From NCBI GenBank assembly GCA_964417865.1, contig CAYQJI010000002.1:238-48381 (forward strand): a stretch of DNA of 48,144 nt. Direction: 5' to 3'. The position numbers and the translations under genes were made by a program. Positions 26,394 to 36,202 of this stretch are shown here, one piece after another. Numbering within the stretch: position 1 is the stretch's first letter; every line of letters starts with the position of its first letter. This stretch comes from Candidatus Woesearchaeota archaeon (GTDB lineage Archaea; Nanobdellota; Nanobdellia; Pacearchaeales; GW2011-AR1). The notes under the pieces were generated by a model. The model did not search any database and was not told where the DNA came from. It saw only the letters and a list, made by a program, of their open reading frames with translations.

Positions 26394-29300
26394 CTATTCA
26401 TTTATTTCTTTTAAAACGTCGGAATTAGCAGTTTTTTTATTTTCTTCTTTTTTTGTTAAAGGACCTATCACTTTTACAAGTAATCCGGGAAGACCTGTTC
26501 CTACAGGAACTGGTTGATTTAACATTATATTCTCAATAACACTCACTAAATTATCTTTACTTCCTTTTATTGTTGCATTTATAAATTGTTTTCCAGGAGT
26601 TTCAAATGTTGCCCTTGCAAGTATTGAAGACTTTTGTGAAATAATTCCCATTCTTGTTACTCCCTTTACTAATCCGGTATTTGTCATAGCATCTGCAACA
26701 AATTTTAAATGCCTTTCATTTATATCTAAACCTTGGGTATTCAAAACTTGATTAATTTCCTCGATTATTAATTCCCTGGCAACTTCAATTCCAAAATTTT
26801 CAGCCATCTCATAAAAATCATTTGAAATAATTTTTTCAGGATTGACCTCTTTTAATTCTAACATTTTTTTGATGTTTGTTCCTAATGTTATAACAACAAA
26901 GTCATTTTCTCTTTTAGCTACAAGAACTTGTTGTATTCCTTTTATTCCAGAGATTATTGTTTTCTTTAATTTTTCTTTTAATTGGTAGATCTCTTTAAAT
27001 GAACTTTCCGACGCATTTAGAACAATAGATTCTTCTTTTTCTTTAGCTTTGAATCCAAGTTCATTTAATCTCTCTATAACTGTTTTTAAACTAATATGAG
27101 TTTGTCTTAAAGCATTTTTATCAATTTTTATTTCAATTGTCTTAGAATTTAAATTCAAGTTTATCTCAGATGCAATTTCTTTTAATTTTACTTCTTTAAT
27201 TTTTTCAGCAAAAACCCTTGCTGAATCTTCATTATTATACTCTTTGTTTAAATAAATTTCCATTTTTGGAGAAGAAGGTTTTTTTCTTGCATCAAAAATT
27301 TCAATTAAACGAGGTAAACCTTGAGTAATCTGCATTTCATGTACACCTGCAAAGTGGAATACATTCAAAGCCATTTGTGTTGAAGGTTCTCCAAAAGATT
27401 GAGCAGTTATTAATCCGATAGACTCTCCAGGAGATATCTCTTCTTTTAAATGTAATTTTGAAATTTCTAAACCATCATCACCGTACTTAAATTGAATAAT
27501 ATTATTATTACTATCTCTTACTGTTTTATCATATTCTATTCTTAAATCTTGTAAAGCATTTGCTAATCTTCTATATAAGTATCCAGATTTAGGTGTTCTT
27601 AATGCTGTATCCATGAGAGAGTCTCTCCCAGTTATTGCTCCAAAGAAAAATTCTTCTGGTCTTAATCCTTTAATGAATGAACTTTTAATAAATCCTCTTG
27701 CTTTTGGAGATAAATCCCCTTTATTAAAAAAAGATAATGTTCTATCTTCATAACCTAAATCAATTCTTTTACCCCATAATGCTTGTTGCCCTACACAAGA
27801 AGCCATCTGTGTAATATTTAAGATATTTCCTCCTCCACCAGATAAAATCATAGGACTAACTGGATTTGATTCTGGGAAATTTTCTTTTACAATTTCTCCA
27901 ATTTTAGTTCTAACTTCATTTAAGGTTTGTAAAATTCTAATCTCTCTTGATTCTTCATAAGTCTTTCCAGGAATTCTTTCTAATGTTCCTTGATTGTAAG
28001 ATTCAATAATTTCTTCTGTTCTTTTTTCTGCTTTCTTTATTATTTCTTCTCCTTGTGAAATAACTTCTTTAGATAAATCAAAATCTTCAATTGAAATTGT
28101 TATGCCTTGATCTGATAAATATTTAATGCCTAAATCAAAAACCTCTCTTATAATTTCAAAAGTTTTATTTAATCCAACTTTTTTTTCTAAATGTCTTATT
28201 AATTCTCCTTCTTCACTACCAAATAAAGTTTTATCTATTTTTCCTTTAATAAGTTCCCCGTCTTTAATGCTAACTGTATTATTTGAAAAATCTATTTTTG
28301 GTAATAAAGATGAAAAAACTTCTAAACCAGAAATATTTGGTTTTGAAAAAACTTTTTCAATACCTACTTTGTATAATAACTGATTTGCTTCTTTGTTTGT
28401 TAATTCTCTTTTACTTAAAAGATAATTTCCTGTTATTGCATCACTTATACAACCCACAAGATTTGTTCCATTCTTTGGAGAAAATAAATTCTTTTTTACA
28501 TCTAATAAAATTCTTGCTTCTGCTCTTGCCTCTTCTGTTTGAGGAGAGTGTATATTCATCTCATCACCATCAAAATCTGCATTATAAGGGGCAGCTGCAG
28601 CAGGATGTAATCTAAAAGTTCTTCCTGGTAAAACTTTTACAAAATGAGCCATTAAACTTGCTCTATGAAGACTAGGGTGTCTATTGAATAAAACAACATC
28701 TCCGTCCTGCAGATGTCTTTCTACTTTATATCCAGGGGTTATCTCATTGATTATTTCTTCTGTCAATTCAGGAGTTATCTTCTTTCTTTTTCCGTCTGGT
28801 CTTATTATATAATTTGCACCAGGATAATTTTTTCCATTCTTTATTAATTGTTTAAGTTTTTCTATATTAAAATCAGTAACACCCTCAGCAACTGTCACAA
28901 CTTTTGCAATTTCATAAGGGATACCAATCTCATTTATACCTATACAAGGATCAGGAGAGATAACTGTTCTAGCAGAATAATTTACTCTTTTACCTGCTAA
29001 ATTTTTTCTTATTCTTCCTTCTTTCCCTTTAATTCTTTCCATTATTGTTTTTAATGGTTGACCACTCCTATGCCTTGCAGGAGGAATCTTTGCAATATTA
29101 TTATCAAAAAAAGTTGTAACATGATACTGCAATAAATCCCATAAATCTTCTATAATAACTTCAGGAGCACCTGCATTCAAATTTTCCCATAATCTTTGAT
29201 TTGCTCTTATAATATCTGAGAGTTTATGTGTTAAATCATCTTCACTTCTTTCACCTGATTCTAATATAATACTTGGTCTTATTGTTACAGGAGGCACTAA

Positions 29301-29891
29301 AAGCATTGTTAAAACAGCCCATTCTGGCCTTGCTGTTGCAGGATTTATCCCAATTTTTTTTAATTCGTCATCACTAATTTTTACAAGAATCTCTCTTATT
29401 TCTGTAGGAAATAATCTTGTCTTTCCCAAATAAAAACTTGTAGGTTTTTCTAATTTTATTTTTTCATGAATAGCACCGCAATAAGGACATTTTTTAGCAT
29501 CTTTTGCTTTTTTTACTCTTTCACTCATAGAGTATTTTTCTAATTCTTTTTCAGAGAGGAGTAATTTCCCGCATTCTCTACAGAAACATCTTAATCCTAA
29601 TTCAATTAAAGGAACATATTCCAGATGAATCACAGGGCGAGCTAAATCAATACTTCCTGGATGACCTAAACATTCTTTTAATCTTCCTCCGCAAGTTCTA
29701 CATCTTACACCAGGGTCTATAGCACCAAGTCTTAAATCCATTAAACCTCCATCTACAGGATACCCATCAATATTATATAATTCTGGTGTTACTATTTTTG
29801 CTGCTGAAATTTTTTTTATTTCTTCAGGGCTTAAAAGTGAAAATTTTATTTCACTTACTTTCTTTTTTATTGCTTTTGTTTCAATTACCAT
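26394..29891 (-). CDS. rpoA: DNA-directed RNA polymerase subunit A, with A' and A'' equivalents encoded as one uninterrupted 1165-aa ORF
   Basis: Zn motifs are present (CRTCGG...C..H; C..C...C..CG), along with the catalytic YNADFDGDEMNIH and the bridge helix GAITGRDSLMDTALRTPKSGYLYRRL. These are followed in the same frame by the trigger-loop block AQSFGEPSTQMALNVFHFAGV...GLPRLIEIFDARK, which normally lies in the separate A'' subunit. Confidence 0.9.
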   Translation of the reverse strand: MVIETKAIKKKVSEIKFSLLSPEEIKKISAAKIVTPELYNIDGYPVDGGLMDLRLGAIDPGVRCRTCGGRLKECLGHPGSIDLARPVIHLEYVPLIELGLRCFCRECGKLLLSEKELEKYSMSERVKKAKDAKKCPYCGAIHEKIKLEKPTSFYLGKTRLFPTEIREILVKISDDELKKIGINPATARPEWAVLTMLLVPPVTIRPSIILESGERSEDDLTHKLSDIIRANQRLWENLNAGAPEVIIEDLWDLLQYHVTTFFDNNIAKIPPARHRSGQPLKTIMERIKGKEGRIRKNLAGKRVNYSARTVISPDPCIGINEIGIPYEIAKVVTVAEGVTDFNIEKLKQLIKNGKNYPGANYIIRPDGKRKKITPELTEEIINEITPGYKVERHLQDGDVVLFNRHPSLHRASLMAHFVKVLPGRTFRLHPAAAAPYNADFDGDEMNIHSPQTEEARAEARILLDVKKNLFSPKNGTNLVGCISDAITGNYLLSKRELTNKEANQLLYKVGIEKVFSKPNISGLEVFSSLLPKIDFSNNTVSIKDGELIKGKIDKTLFGSEEGELIRHLEKKVGLNKTFEIIREVFDLGIKYLSDQGITISIEDFDLSKEVISQGEEIIKKAEKRTEEIIESYNQGTLERIPGKTYEESREIRILQTLNEVRTKIGEIVKENFPESNPVSPMILSGGGGNILNITQMASCVGQQALWGKRIDLGYEDRTLSFFNKGDLSPKARGFIKSSFIKGLRPEEFFFGAITGRDSLMDTALRTPKSGYLYRRLANALQDLRIEYDKTVRDSNNNIIQFKYGDDGLEISKLHLKEEISPGESIGLITAQSFGEPSTQMALNVFHFAGVHEMQITQGLPRLIEIFDARKKPSSPKMEIYLNKEYNNEDSARVFAEKIKEVKLKEIASEINLNLNSKTIEIKIDKNALRQTHISLKTVIERLNELGFKAKEKEESIVLNASESSFKEIYQLKEKLKKTIISGIKGIQQVLVAKRENDFVVITLGTNIKKMLELKEVNPEKIISNDFYEMAENFGIEVARELIIEEINQVLNTQGLDINERHLKFVADAMTNTGLVKGVTRMGIISQKSSILARATFETPGKQFINATIKGSKDNLVSVIENIMLNQPVPVGTGLPGLLVKVIGPLTKKEENKKTANSDVLKEINE

Positions 29892-29896
29892 TTTGT

Positions 29897-32800
29897 TTAT
29901 TCATATTTATTTTTTAATCCAAAAGAGGTTTTAATATGTAATCCTTGTAGTTCTTCAATTAATAATTTGAATGCATAAGACATTTCAACTGCTTCTATTT
30001 CTTCACTACCACAAATTGGACAAACAAGTTTGTTTGATAAGTTATCGTCAATTGCAATACTTCCACATTTTGTGCATATTGGTAAAACTACTTTGTCTGA
30101 ATCATATCTCTCTTTTAATAATAAAGATGCACCATGTGCAACTAATGCTTCTTGTTCCATTTCCCCTAATCTTAATGCTCCTCCTCTTGCTCTTCCTTCA
30201 ATTGGTTGTCTTGTTAATAAAGCTACTTTACCAGAAGCTCTTCCATGTATCTTATTTCCAACCATATATTTTAATTTTTGATAATATAAATTTCCAATAA
30301 ATATTTTTATTTGCATTTTCTTTCCTGTTATTCCATTATACATTGTTTCTTTTCCATCATATCTAAATCCTAATTTTAACAATTGATTTTCAAGGCTATC
30401 TTTACTCTCTCCTGAAAAACAAGTTGCATCAACAATTTTGCCTCTCAAACTTGCAACCTTTCCTGCAAGTAGTTCTAATAAATAACCAACTGTCATTCTA
30501 CTAGGTAAACCATGAGGATTAAATATAACATCAGGTCTTACTCCTTTTGAAGTAAAAGGAATGTCCTCTTGGGGGACTATTGCTCCAACAACTCCCTTTT
30601 GTCCATGAGATGTTGCAAATTTATCCCCTACTTCTGGAATTCTTTGATCTCTTGTCCTAACTTGCACAATTTTATTTCCTTCAGAATCTTCTGTAATAAA
30701 AACAGCGTCTACTGTTCCTTTCTCTTCTTGTCTCATAGTCACACTAGATTCTTTCTTTGATTTTATTGAGATTTCTCTTGCTTCTGATAAAAATTTAGGT
30801 GGTGACATTTTGCCGATGATTACTTCTCCTTCATTAACATCTGCTTCAGGATAGATTATCCCATCCCCTTCTAATAATCTGTAACTTTCTTCTGTTCTAT
30901 AACCAGAAGAATCTTTTTCAGGAATGGTTATTTCATCTTTTAATCCTCCGGCGTAATTCATCTCTAAGGCTGAATAGGGTCTAAAATAAAAACTTCTTCC
31001 AACCCCTCTTTCAACACTACCCTTATTTAAAACAAGAGCATCTTCCATATTATATCCTTCATATGACATTATTGCAACAACTAAATTTTGTCCTGCAGGA
31101 TAAGTCTTTAAAGTATCATAAACAAAACTTCTTACTAAGGGTTTTTGAGCATATTGCAATATTGAAACATCAGTATCTAATCTACATAAATAATTTGCAG
31201 AATAAATGCCTAATGACTGTTTTTGAGTTTTACTTCCTCTATTTAATCTTGAGCTTTGATCATGATTCCCATAAGGAACTAAACTTGTAACTACTCCAAA
31301 AATATCAATACTATCTATCTCTAAATGAGTATGTTCTTTTTTTAATTCTTCTTCATATAAACAAACAAGTGCATTCTCTTCTTCTGCAGCGTCTATATAC
31401 TCAATTATCCCTTGGGATATTAAATCTTCCCAAGTCATTTCATTATTTCTTAATTTATCTAAATGTTCTTTTTTCAACCTTGAAATTCCATTATCAACAA
31501 TAATTAAAGGCCTTAACACTCTCCCCGATTCTGTAGAAATATTTACCATTTCAAATTTTTCATTATCTCTAATACTCATTTGAACAGGTAAAATTCCTTT
31601 CCTTCTTTTTTCTCTTAATAAAGAAACAAATTCCCCTCTATTATCAACTGTTCCTATAAAAATCCCATTAAAATGAACATCATATTTTCCATCTTCTTTT
31701 AATCCTGATTCTTGTAATTCTTTAAGGAATTTTTTATTGTCTAATTCAACTCTTGTTGAGATTTTACTTAGTAACGCTAAATTTTTTCTTAATCCAATCT
31801 CAGTTCCTTCGGGTGTTTCAATTGGACAAAATCTTCCATAATGAGTTGGATGTAATGTTCTTGCTAAAAAGTTTTCTTGATCAGAATCAAGCATACTTGA
31901 TACTCTTTGTAATTGAGAAATCATAGCTAAATAATTATTTTTATCCATATTTTGTGTTATACCAGATCTTTCTCCTGTCCAACTACCTGTAGCAATAGCA
32001 GATTCAATCCTATGAGAAAATAATGTTGATTTTCCAACAACTTTCAAAGAAATGTATCTTTTTCTCTTTGAAGATTTTTGTATTGAATATTGGATATCTC
32101 TTATTAAAATTCCAAGATTTACTCTAAAAAGATTCATAAGCAAATCACCTGAAAGTCTTACTCTCTTATTTGAATAATGATCTTTATCTGTTCTTATAGA
32201 AGGATTTTCTTTAGCAATTAAAAATTGCTTAATCAATTTACAAATTGTTATAGCCTTTTCTATCCTATACTCTTTATCTTGTCCAACATGAGGTAATAAA
32301 TAAGAATCAATTCTTTGTTTTACCCTATCTAAAATTTCTTTTTTTGTTCCTTGCAACCCTGTTCTCTCTGCTATTGCCATCATAGCTTCTTCTTTATCAG
32401 CAATATTTGCAAATTCATATAAATTGATAAGAACGCTATCTGTTTCCTTACCAATATATTTTGCGATATCCGATTCTTTAATTAAACCTAATGATTTTAA
32501 TATAATCACTGCTGGGATATCCTTAAATCTACTAAAAGAGATATTAATCATTCCATCTTTTCCTTCAGAAATAGTTATAGGAATTCTATAAGCTCCTCTT
32601 AATGAAAAGAGTCTTAAAGTTAATTGCCCTTTACTATTCTCTTCTATAAAAGGTTGATTTTCTGCTAAATCTTCAGCCATAATCATAACTCTTTCATTCC
32701 CATTAATAATAAAATAACCCCCTGCATCTAATGGATCATTGTATGTTTCAATTAATTGTTCTTTAGTCATACCATAAGTATTGCAAGCTTTACTCTTAAC

Positions 32801-33148
32801 CATTATAGGCATTCTTCCTATTTCAACCACGTCTGAATCAACCTCATTCCCTCTTTTTATTGTTATTTCTAAATTTATTGGAGCAGAATAAGTTAAATCT
32901 CTTAATCTCGCTTCATACGGATAAATTATAGAAGAACTACCATCAGCTTCGATTATTCTTGGTTTTCCAACACTTATCTTTCCTAATTTTATTTCTATAT
33001 CTTCATTATCTAATGTTCCAGAGATATCATCAACCACTTCTTGTAATCTGTATTCTATGAATTCATTAAAGGATGTTAAATTAGATTCTACAAGAGAATG
33101 ATTTTCAAGATACTTTTTAATTATTAAATGTTCATTATTTTCTTCCAT
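29897..33148 (-). CDS. rpoB: DNA-directed RNA polymerase subunit B (unsplit)
   Basis: Conserved blocks GRFCPIETPEG, YEGYNMEDA, FATSHGQKGV, GGALRLGEMEQEAL and the C-terminal Zn ribbon CTKCGS...CPICG. The ATG at 33146..33148 (MEENNEH) is preferred to the TTG at 33160, which would overlap rpoH. Confidence 0.92.
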   Translation of the reverse strand: MEENNEHLIIKKYLENHSLVESNLTSFNEFIEYRLQEVVDDISGTLDNEDIEIKLGKISVGKPRIIEADGSSSIIYPYEARLRDLTYSAPINLEITIKRGNEVDSDVVEIGRMPIMVKSKACNTYGMTKEQLIETYNDPLDAGGYFIINGNERVMIMAEDLAENQPFIEENSKGQLTLRLFSLRGAYRIPITISEGKDGMINISFSRFKDIPAVIILKSLGLIKESDIAKYIGKETDSVLINLYEFANIADKEEAMMAIAERTGLQGTKKEILDRVKQRIDSYLLPHVGQDKEYRIEKAITICKLIKQFLIAKENPSIRTDKDHYSNKRVRLSGDLLMNLFRVNLGILIRDIQYSIQKSSKRKRYISLKVVGKSTLFSHRIESAIATGSWTGERSGITQNMDKNNYLAMISQLQRVSSMLDSDQENFLARTLHPTHYGRFCPIETPEGTEIGLRKNLALLSKISTRVELDNKKFLKELQESGLKEDGKYDVHFNGIFIGTVDNRGEFVSLLREKRRKGILPVQMSIRDNEKFEMVNISTESGRVLRPLIIVDNGISRLKKEHLDKLRNNEMTWEDLISQGIIEYIDAAEEENALVCLYEEELKKEHTHLEIDSIDIFGVVTSLVPYGNHDQSSRLNRGSKTQKQSLGIYSANYLCRLDTDVSILQYAQKPLVRSFVYDTLKTYPAGQNLVVAIMSYEGYNMEDALVLNKGSVERGVGRSFYFRPYSALEMNYAGGLKDEITIPEKDSSGYRTEESYRLLEGDGIIYPEADVNEGEVIIGKMSPPKFLSEAREISIKSKKESSVTMRQEEKGTVDAVFITEDSEGNKIVQVRTRDQRIPEVGDKFATSHGQKGVVGAIVPQEDIPFTSKGVRPDVIFNPHGLPSRMTVGYLLELLAGKVASLRGKIVDATCFSGESKDSLENQLLKLGFRYDGKETMYNGITGKKMQIKIFIGNLYYQKLKYMVGNKIHGRASGKVALLTRQPIEGRARGGALRLGEMEQEALVAHGASLLLKERYDSDKVVLPICTKCGSIAIDDNLSNKLVCPICGSEEIEAVEMSYAFKLLIEELQGLHIKTSFGLKNKYE

Positions 33149-33149
33149 T

Positions 33150-33362
33150 TTAAACAACAACCCTATAATAAACTCCTGATTTTCTTTCTATTTTAATTAT
33201 ATCCCCCACATTACAACATTCAGGTAAAGCAGGGTCATTTGACAAAATTTTTGGTAATTGAGATTTAGAAACATTAAGTTTTTTAAGAAGTTCTTCAGAC
33301 TCTTTTTCGTTCAATTTAATATGTTTTGGTTGAAGAATATGCATTTTGTCGAATGAAATCAT
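33150..33362 (-). CDS. rpoH: DNA-directed RNA polymerase subunit H (Rpb5 C-terminal domain homologue)
   Basis: HILQPKHIKL..E..ELLKK....SQLPKI...DP......GDIIKIER.S....YYRVV pattern. It lies immediately upstream of rpoB, with 1 nt between its stop and the rpoB ATG. Confidence 0.85.
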   Translation of the reverse strand: MISFDKMHILQPKHIKLNEKESEELLKKLNVSKSQLPKILSNDPALPECCNVGDIIKIERKSGVYYRVVV

Positions 33363-33481
33363 TTATATTTCCTTAATTTTAAAGGGTTTTTCTTTAATAA
33401 CTCAGGAATAATGAAAGATAACAAAAATTAGTTTAAAAACCTTTTGGTGTACTTCTATTTTTATCTTTCCTCTTTTTTAGT

Positions 33482-33946
33482 CTATCTCTTAATATCAACT
33501 ATTTCCCCTTTTGTTATATTTAAAATATCTTTTAAACTTATTTCAAAAACAGAATTTGGAGTTCCTGCAGCACAGAATATAGTTTCAAATTGAAGTAAAT
33601 CTTTGTCAATAAATACTCTTAATTTCTCTTTATGTCCGAAAGGGGGAATTCCCCCAATTGCATATCCTGTCCTTTTTTTTATTTCTTCTCCTGTTACTTT
33701 AATTAATTTTTCATTAAGAATTTTTTCTAATTTTTCTTCATCTATCCTATTTTTTCCTGAAGCAATGACTAAAATTAACCTAAAAGATTCTGTTTTAAAA
33801 ATGATAGATTTCCCTATCTTAGCTATATCTATATTTAATTGATCTGCAGCATCTTGCGATGTTTTTGTGCTTTCTTTAAATTTTATTATTTTGGAATCAA
33901 TTTTATTTTCTAATAATATTTTATCAAAATTTTTTGAGTAACTCAT
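33482..33946 (-). CDS. YbaK/ProX-type aminoacyl-tRNA trans-editing deacylase
   Basis: About 154 aa with the K-S-I-I-F editing-domain lysine region, GYAIGGIPPFGH and a FCAAGTPNS motif. Confidence 0.7.
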   Translation of the reverse strand: MSYSKNFDKILLENKIDSKIIKFKESTKTSQDAADQLNIDIAKIGKSIIFKTESFRLILVIASGKNRIDEEKLEKILNEKLIKVTGEEIKKRTGYAIGGIPPFGHKEKLRVFIDKDLLQFETIFCAAGTPNSVFEISLKDILNITKGEIVDIKR

Positions 33947-33963
33947 CTTAAATAAAAATAAAA

Positions 33964-34038
33964 TGGCCCCGAGGGGATTTGAACCCCCGACACCTGGATT
34001 AAAAGTCCAGTGCTCTGACCAGACTGAGCTACGGAGCC
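33964..34038 (-). tRNA. tRNA-Lys (anticodon TTT)
   Basis: The reverse complement folds as GGCTCCG TA GCTC AGTCTGGTCA GAGC A CTGGA CTTTTAA TCCAG GTGTC GGGGG TTCAAAT CCCCT CGGGGCC A. This is a canonical cloverleaf with no intron. Confidence 0.92.
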
Positions 34039-34126
34039 TTTACAATAATTTCATTAAATATTTTATATTTAAAAAGTATTTGATTATCCTTTTTAAACTT
34101 TTAATACAACTAAAATTAATCAAAAC

Positions 34127-34456
34127 TCAAATTATAAATTTTTTTAATCTTTCTTCAATCTCTTCAAAAGTTTTTTCGCCTGAAAATTTGTCTAAAATTT
34201 TTCCATCTTTTATTAAAATAAAACTTGGTGTTTTTTGAATTTCTAATCTTTTTATTAATTCTTTATTGTTTTCAAAATACATCTTTACAAATTTTATCCT
34301 TTCATTAAATTCTAAAAACAAGTCTTCTATTATTGGTTCCATTATTAAAGAAGACATACAATCCTCGGAAAAACAGTTTAAGAAAACAAAACCTTCTTTA
34401 TAAAAGATTTCAAATTCTTTTTCATTAATCTCTTGTATTGAAAAACATTCTTTCAT
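34127..34456 (-). CDS. Thioredoxin-fold protein lacking the canonical CxxC (it has C-FSED-C)
   Basis: 109 aa with a Trx-like layout (FVFLNCFSEDCMS ... KTPSFILIKDGKILDKFSG ... EIEERLKKF). The WCGPC position is replaced by NCFSEDC. Confidence 0.5.
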   Translation of the reverse strand: MKECFSIQEINEKEFEIFYKEGFVFLNCFSEDCMSSLIMEPIIEDLFLEFNERIKFVKMYFENNKELIKRLEIQKTPSFILIKDGKILDKFSGEKTFEEIEERLKKFII

Positions 34457-34520
34457 CTTAAAATTATCTCTCTTTGTATAAATTGTATGTATTATAACTT
34501 TTTTAGATAATAAAACCTAT

Positions 34521-36128
34521 TTAAATTTTACTTCTAATTTCTAATTCTCTTTTATTCCAAATAGATTTGTGTGTTTCTTCATTATAATTTGGATTAACTT
34601 GTTTAACATCACCACAACATTTTTTATAATCTCCTTCTAAACAAAAGCCAACATAGTTGCATTTTGGAACAATTAACTTTTTTATTGGTTCTGAAACTCG
34701 ATTATCCATTTTTACCAAATTTATTTCGTTTCTTGTTATCGAATACATCTCTGGTTCAACTGTCCCTCTACAAGTTCTTAAAGAATTATACCCCAATGTT
34801 AAATTAAAAAAGTCAAAATTTTTTATGATAGGTAATTTTATTCCTCTTGGAATTATTGAGATAGCATCACTTTCTTTTATCCCTTTTTTTAATAGTTCTC
34901 TATAAACAATTAAAGAATCAAAAAACCTTTCTTCCCATATTTCAAAATTTTCTTTTTTATCTTCTACAGACTTTGGAACAGACATAACTCTTTTTAAAGT
35001 TTCAACTTCTTCTTCAAAACCTGAAGCAATCTCTTTATCATGTATATAATTCTCTAATGAGTTTTGTACTGCATGATAAATAGAAGATGCATTCTGATTA
35101 AGGGCTCTATGTCTTTTTACTTCTCCCCAAACTCTCCAAGGAATATTACTCATTATAGAAATCTTTATTGAATTGTTATAATCAGAAACAATTTCAAATA
35201 ATTCGTTTAAAGATTCTTTCCAATCTTTTTTAGATCTCTTTTTTAGATAATCTTCTATTCTTTTATCTCTCAATTTTAAAGAAGAATCAAAAACAGTTAA
35301 TAACCTGGGATTTATTGCAAATTCTTCTTTAATATTCTCAAATATTTCTTCACTTTCTGTTACCCTATGATGAAATATCTCTGGATTAGGGTTTGTTGTT
35401 CTTGGTGCATTTTTTCTTGATTCATAAACAACTCCCATCCCATTTTGATGAACAATTTTTTCTAATTGATTTATTATCTCTATCCCTTCAAGAGGGATAT
35501 CTTTCTTATTATTTTCAATTAATCTTGAAAAATAAACTAAAGTTTCTAAAGGCATATATAAAAAACCACCTCCGCTATGTCCGTATTGAACTATTTTACT
35601 TGCTTCTTGTTTTGGAACATTATTCTTTTGTAATAATTCATAAGCATAAATATTTTTTTCAGAAGCATCAAGGTACATTTCTAAAGATTTTCCTCCTTTA
35701 TCTGCTATTCCTTTCGGAACAACAATCTCTTCTTTGGAGATTGGAATTCTTCTTCCAGAAGGCATTAATGCACTAATATAAGTTGCACTTGTAAAAATTG
35801 AATCAACAAGTTTTGAACTATCTCCCTCTATAACAACCCAAAAACCCATTGAAGTTGATAAAGAAGAATGACCTGCTCCTGCAGATTTTATTATAGAATT
35901 GTTTCTCCTTTTCTCAAAATCAGTATCCTCTATTTTTAAGTCAATTACCTCATTTATGAAATTTACTCCTTTAAATGTAACTCCTGCTGCACCATAAACT
36001 AAATCATCTGGAGTTAGTATTGTTTCTTTTTTATCTTTTTCATCAACAATTTTTAATGTTGGCCCATAAGAAAGAAAATTAATTTTTGGATCAATTACTC
36101 TTATTTTTTTATTTTGAAGATTGACCAT
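34521..36128 (-). CDS. Long (535 aa) tandem-repeat ThyX-like protein (putative flavin-dependent thymidylate synthase, divergent)
   Basis: The N-terminal half has AGHSSLSTSMGFWVVIEG...SGRRIP and VPKQEASKIVQ...LETLVYFSRL. The C-terminal half has IPWRVWGEVKRHRALNQNASSIY and ESDAISIIPRG...YNSLRTCRGTVEPEMYSI. These parallel the ThyX blocks GH-x-S/T-x-x-EH, RHR-x7-S-x-RY, E-x-AR-x-x-LP and LR...AQ-x-EIR. The gene is directly downstream of dut and nrdJ. Confidence 0.5.
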   Translation of the reverse strand: MVNLQNKKIRVIDPKINFLSYGPTLKIVDEKDKKETILTPDDLVYGAAGVTFKGVNFINEVIDLKIEDTDFEKRRNNSIIKSAGAGHSSLSTSMGFWVVIEGDSSKLVDSIFTSATYISALMPSGRRIPISKEEIVVPKGIADKGGKSLEMYLDASEKNIYAYELLQKNNVPKQEASKIVQYGHSGGGFLYMPLETLVYFSRLIENNKKDIPLEGIEIINQLEKIVHQNGMGVVYESRKNAPRTTNPNPEIFHHRVTESEEIFENIKEEFAINPRLLTVFDSSLKLRDKRIEDYLKKRSKKDWKESLNELFEIVSDYNNSIKISIMSNIPWRVWGEVKRHRALNQNASSIYHAVQNSLENYIHDKEIASGFEEEVETLKRVMSVPKSVEDKKENFEIWEERFFDSLIVYRELLKKGIKESDAISIIPRGIKLPIIKNFDFFNLTLGYNSLRTCRGTVEPEMYSITRNEINLVKMDNRVSEPIKKLIVPKCNYVGFCLEGDYKKCCGDVKQVNPNYNEETHKSIWNKRELEIRSKI

Positions 36129-36202
36129 CTTAAATAAAAATTTCTTTTATTTTTAAATATAAATTAATTTAAAGATATATATTAAAAAATATAAATAAAA
36201 AA

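Noticed and set aside
33963-34238. 91-aa plus-strand ORF (MAPRGFEPPTPGLKVQCSDQTELRS...)
   Set aside because: The N-terminal third is the complement of tRNA-Lys, and the remainder is antisense to the thioredoxin-like gene.
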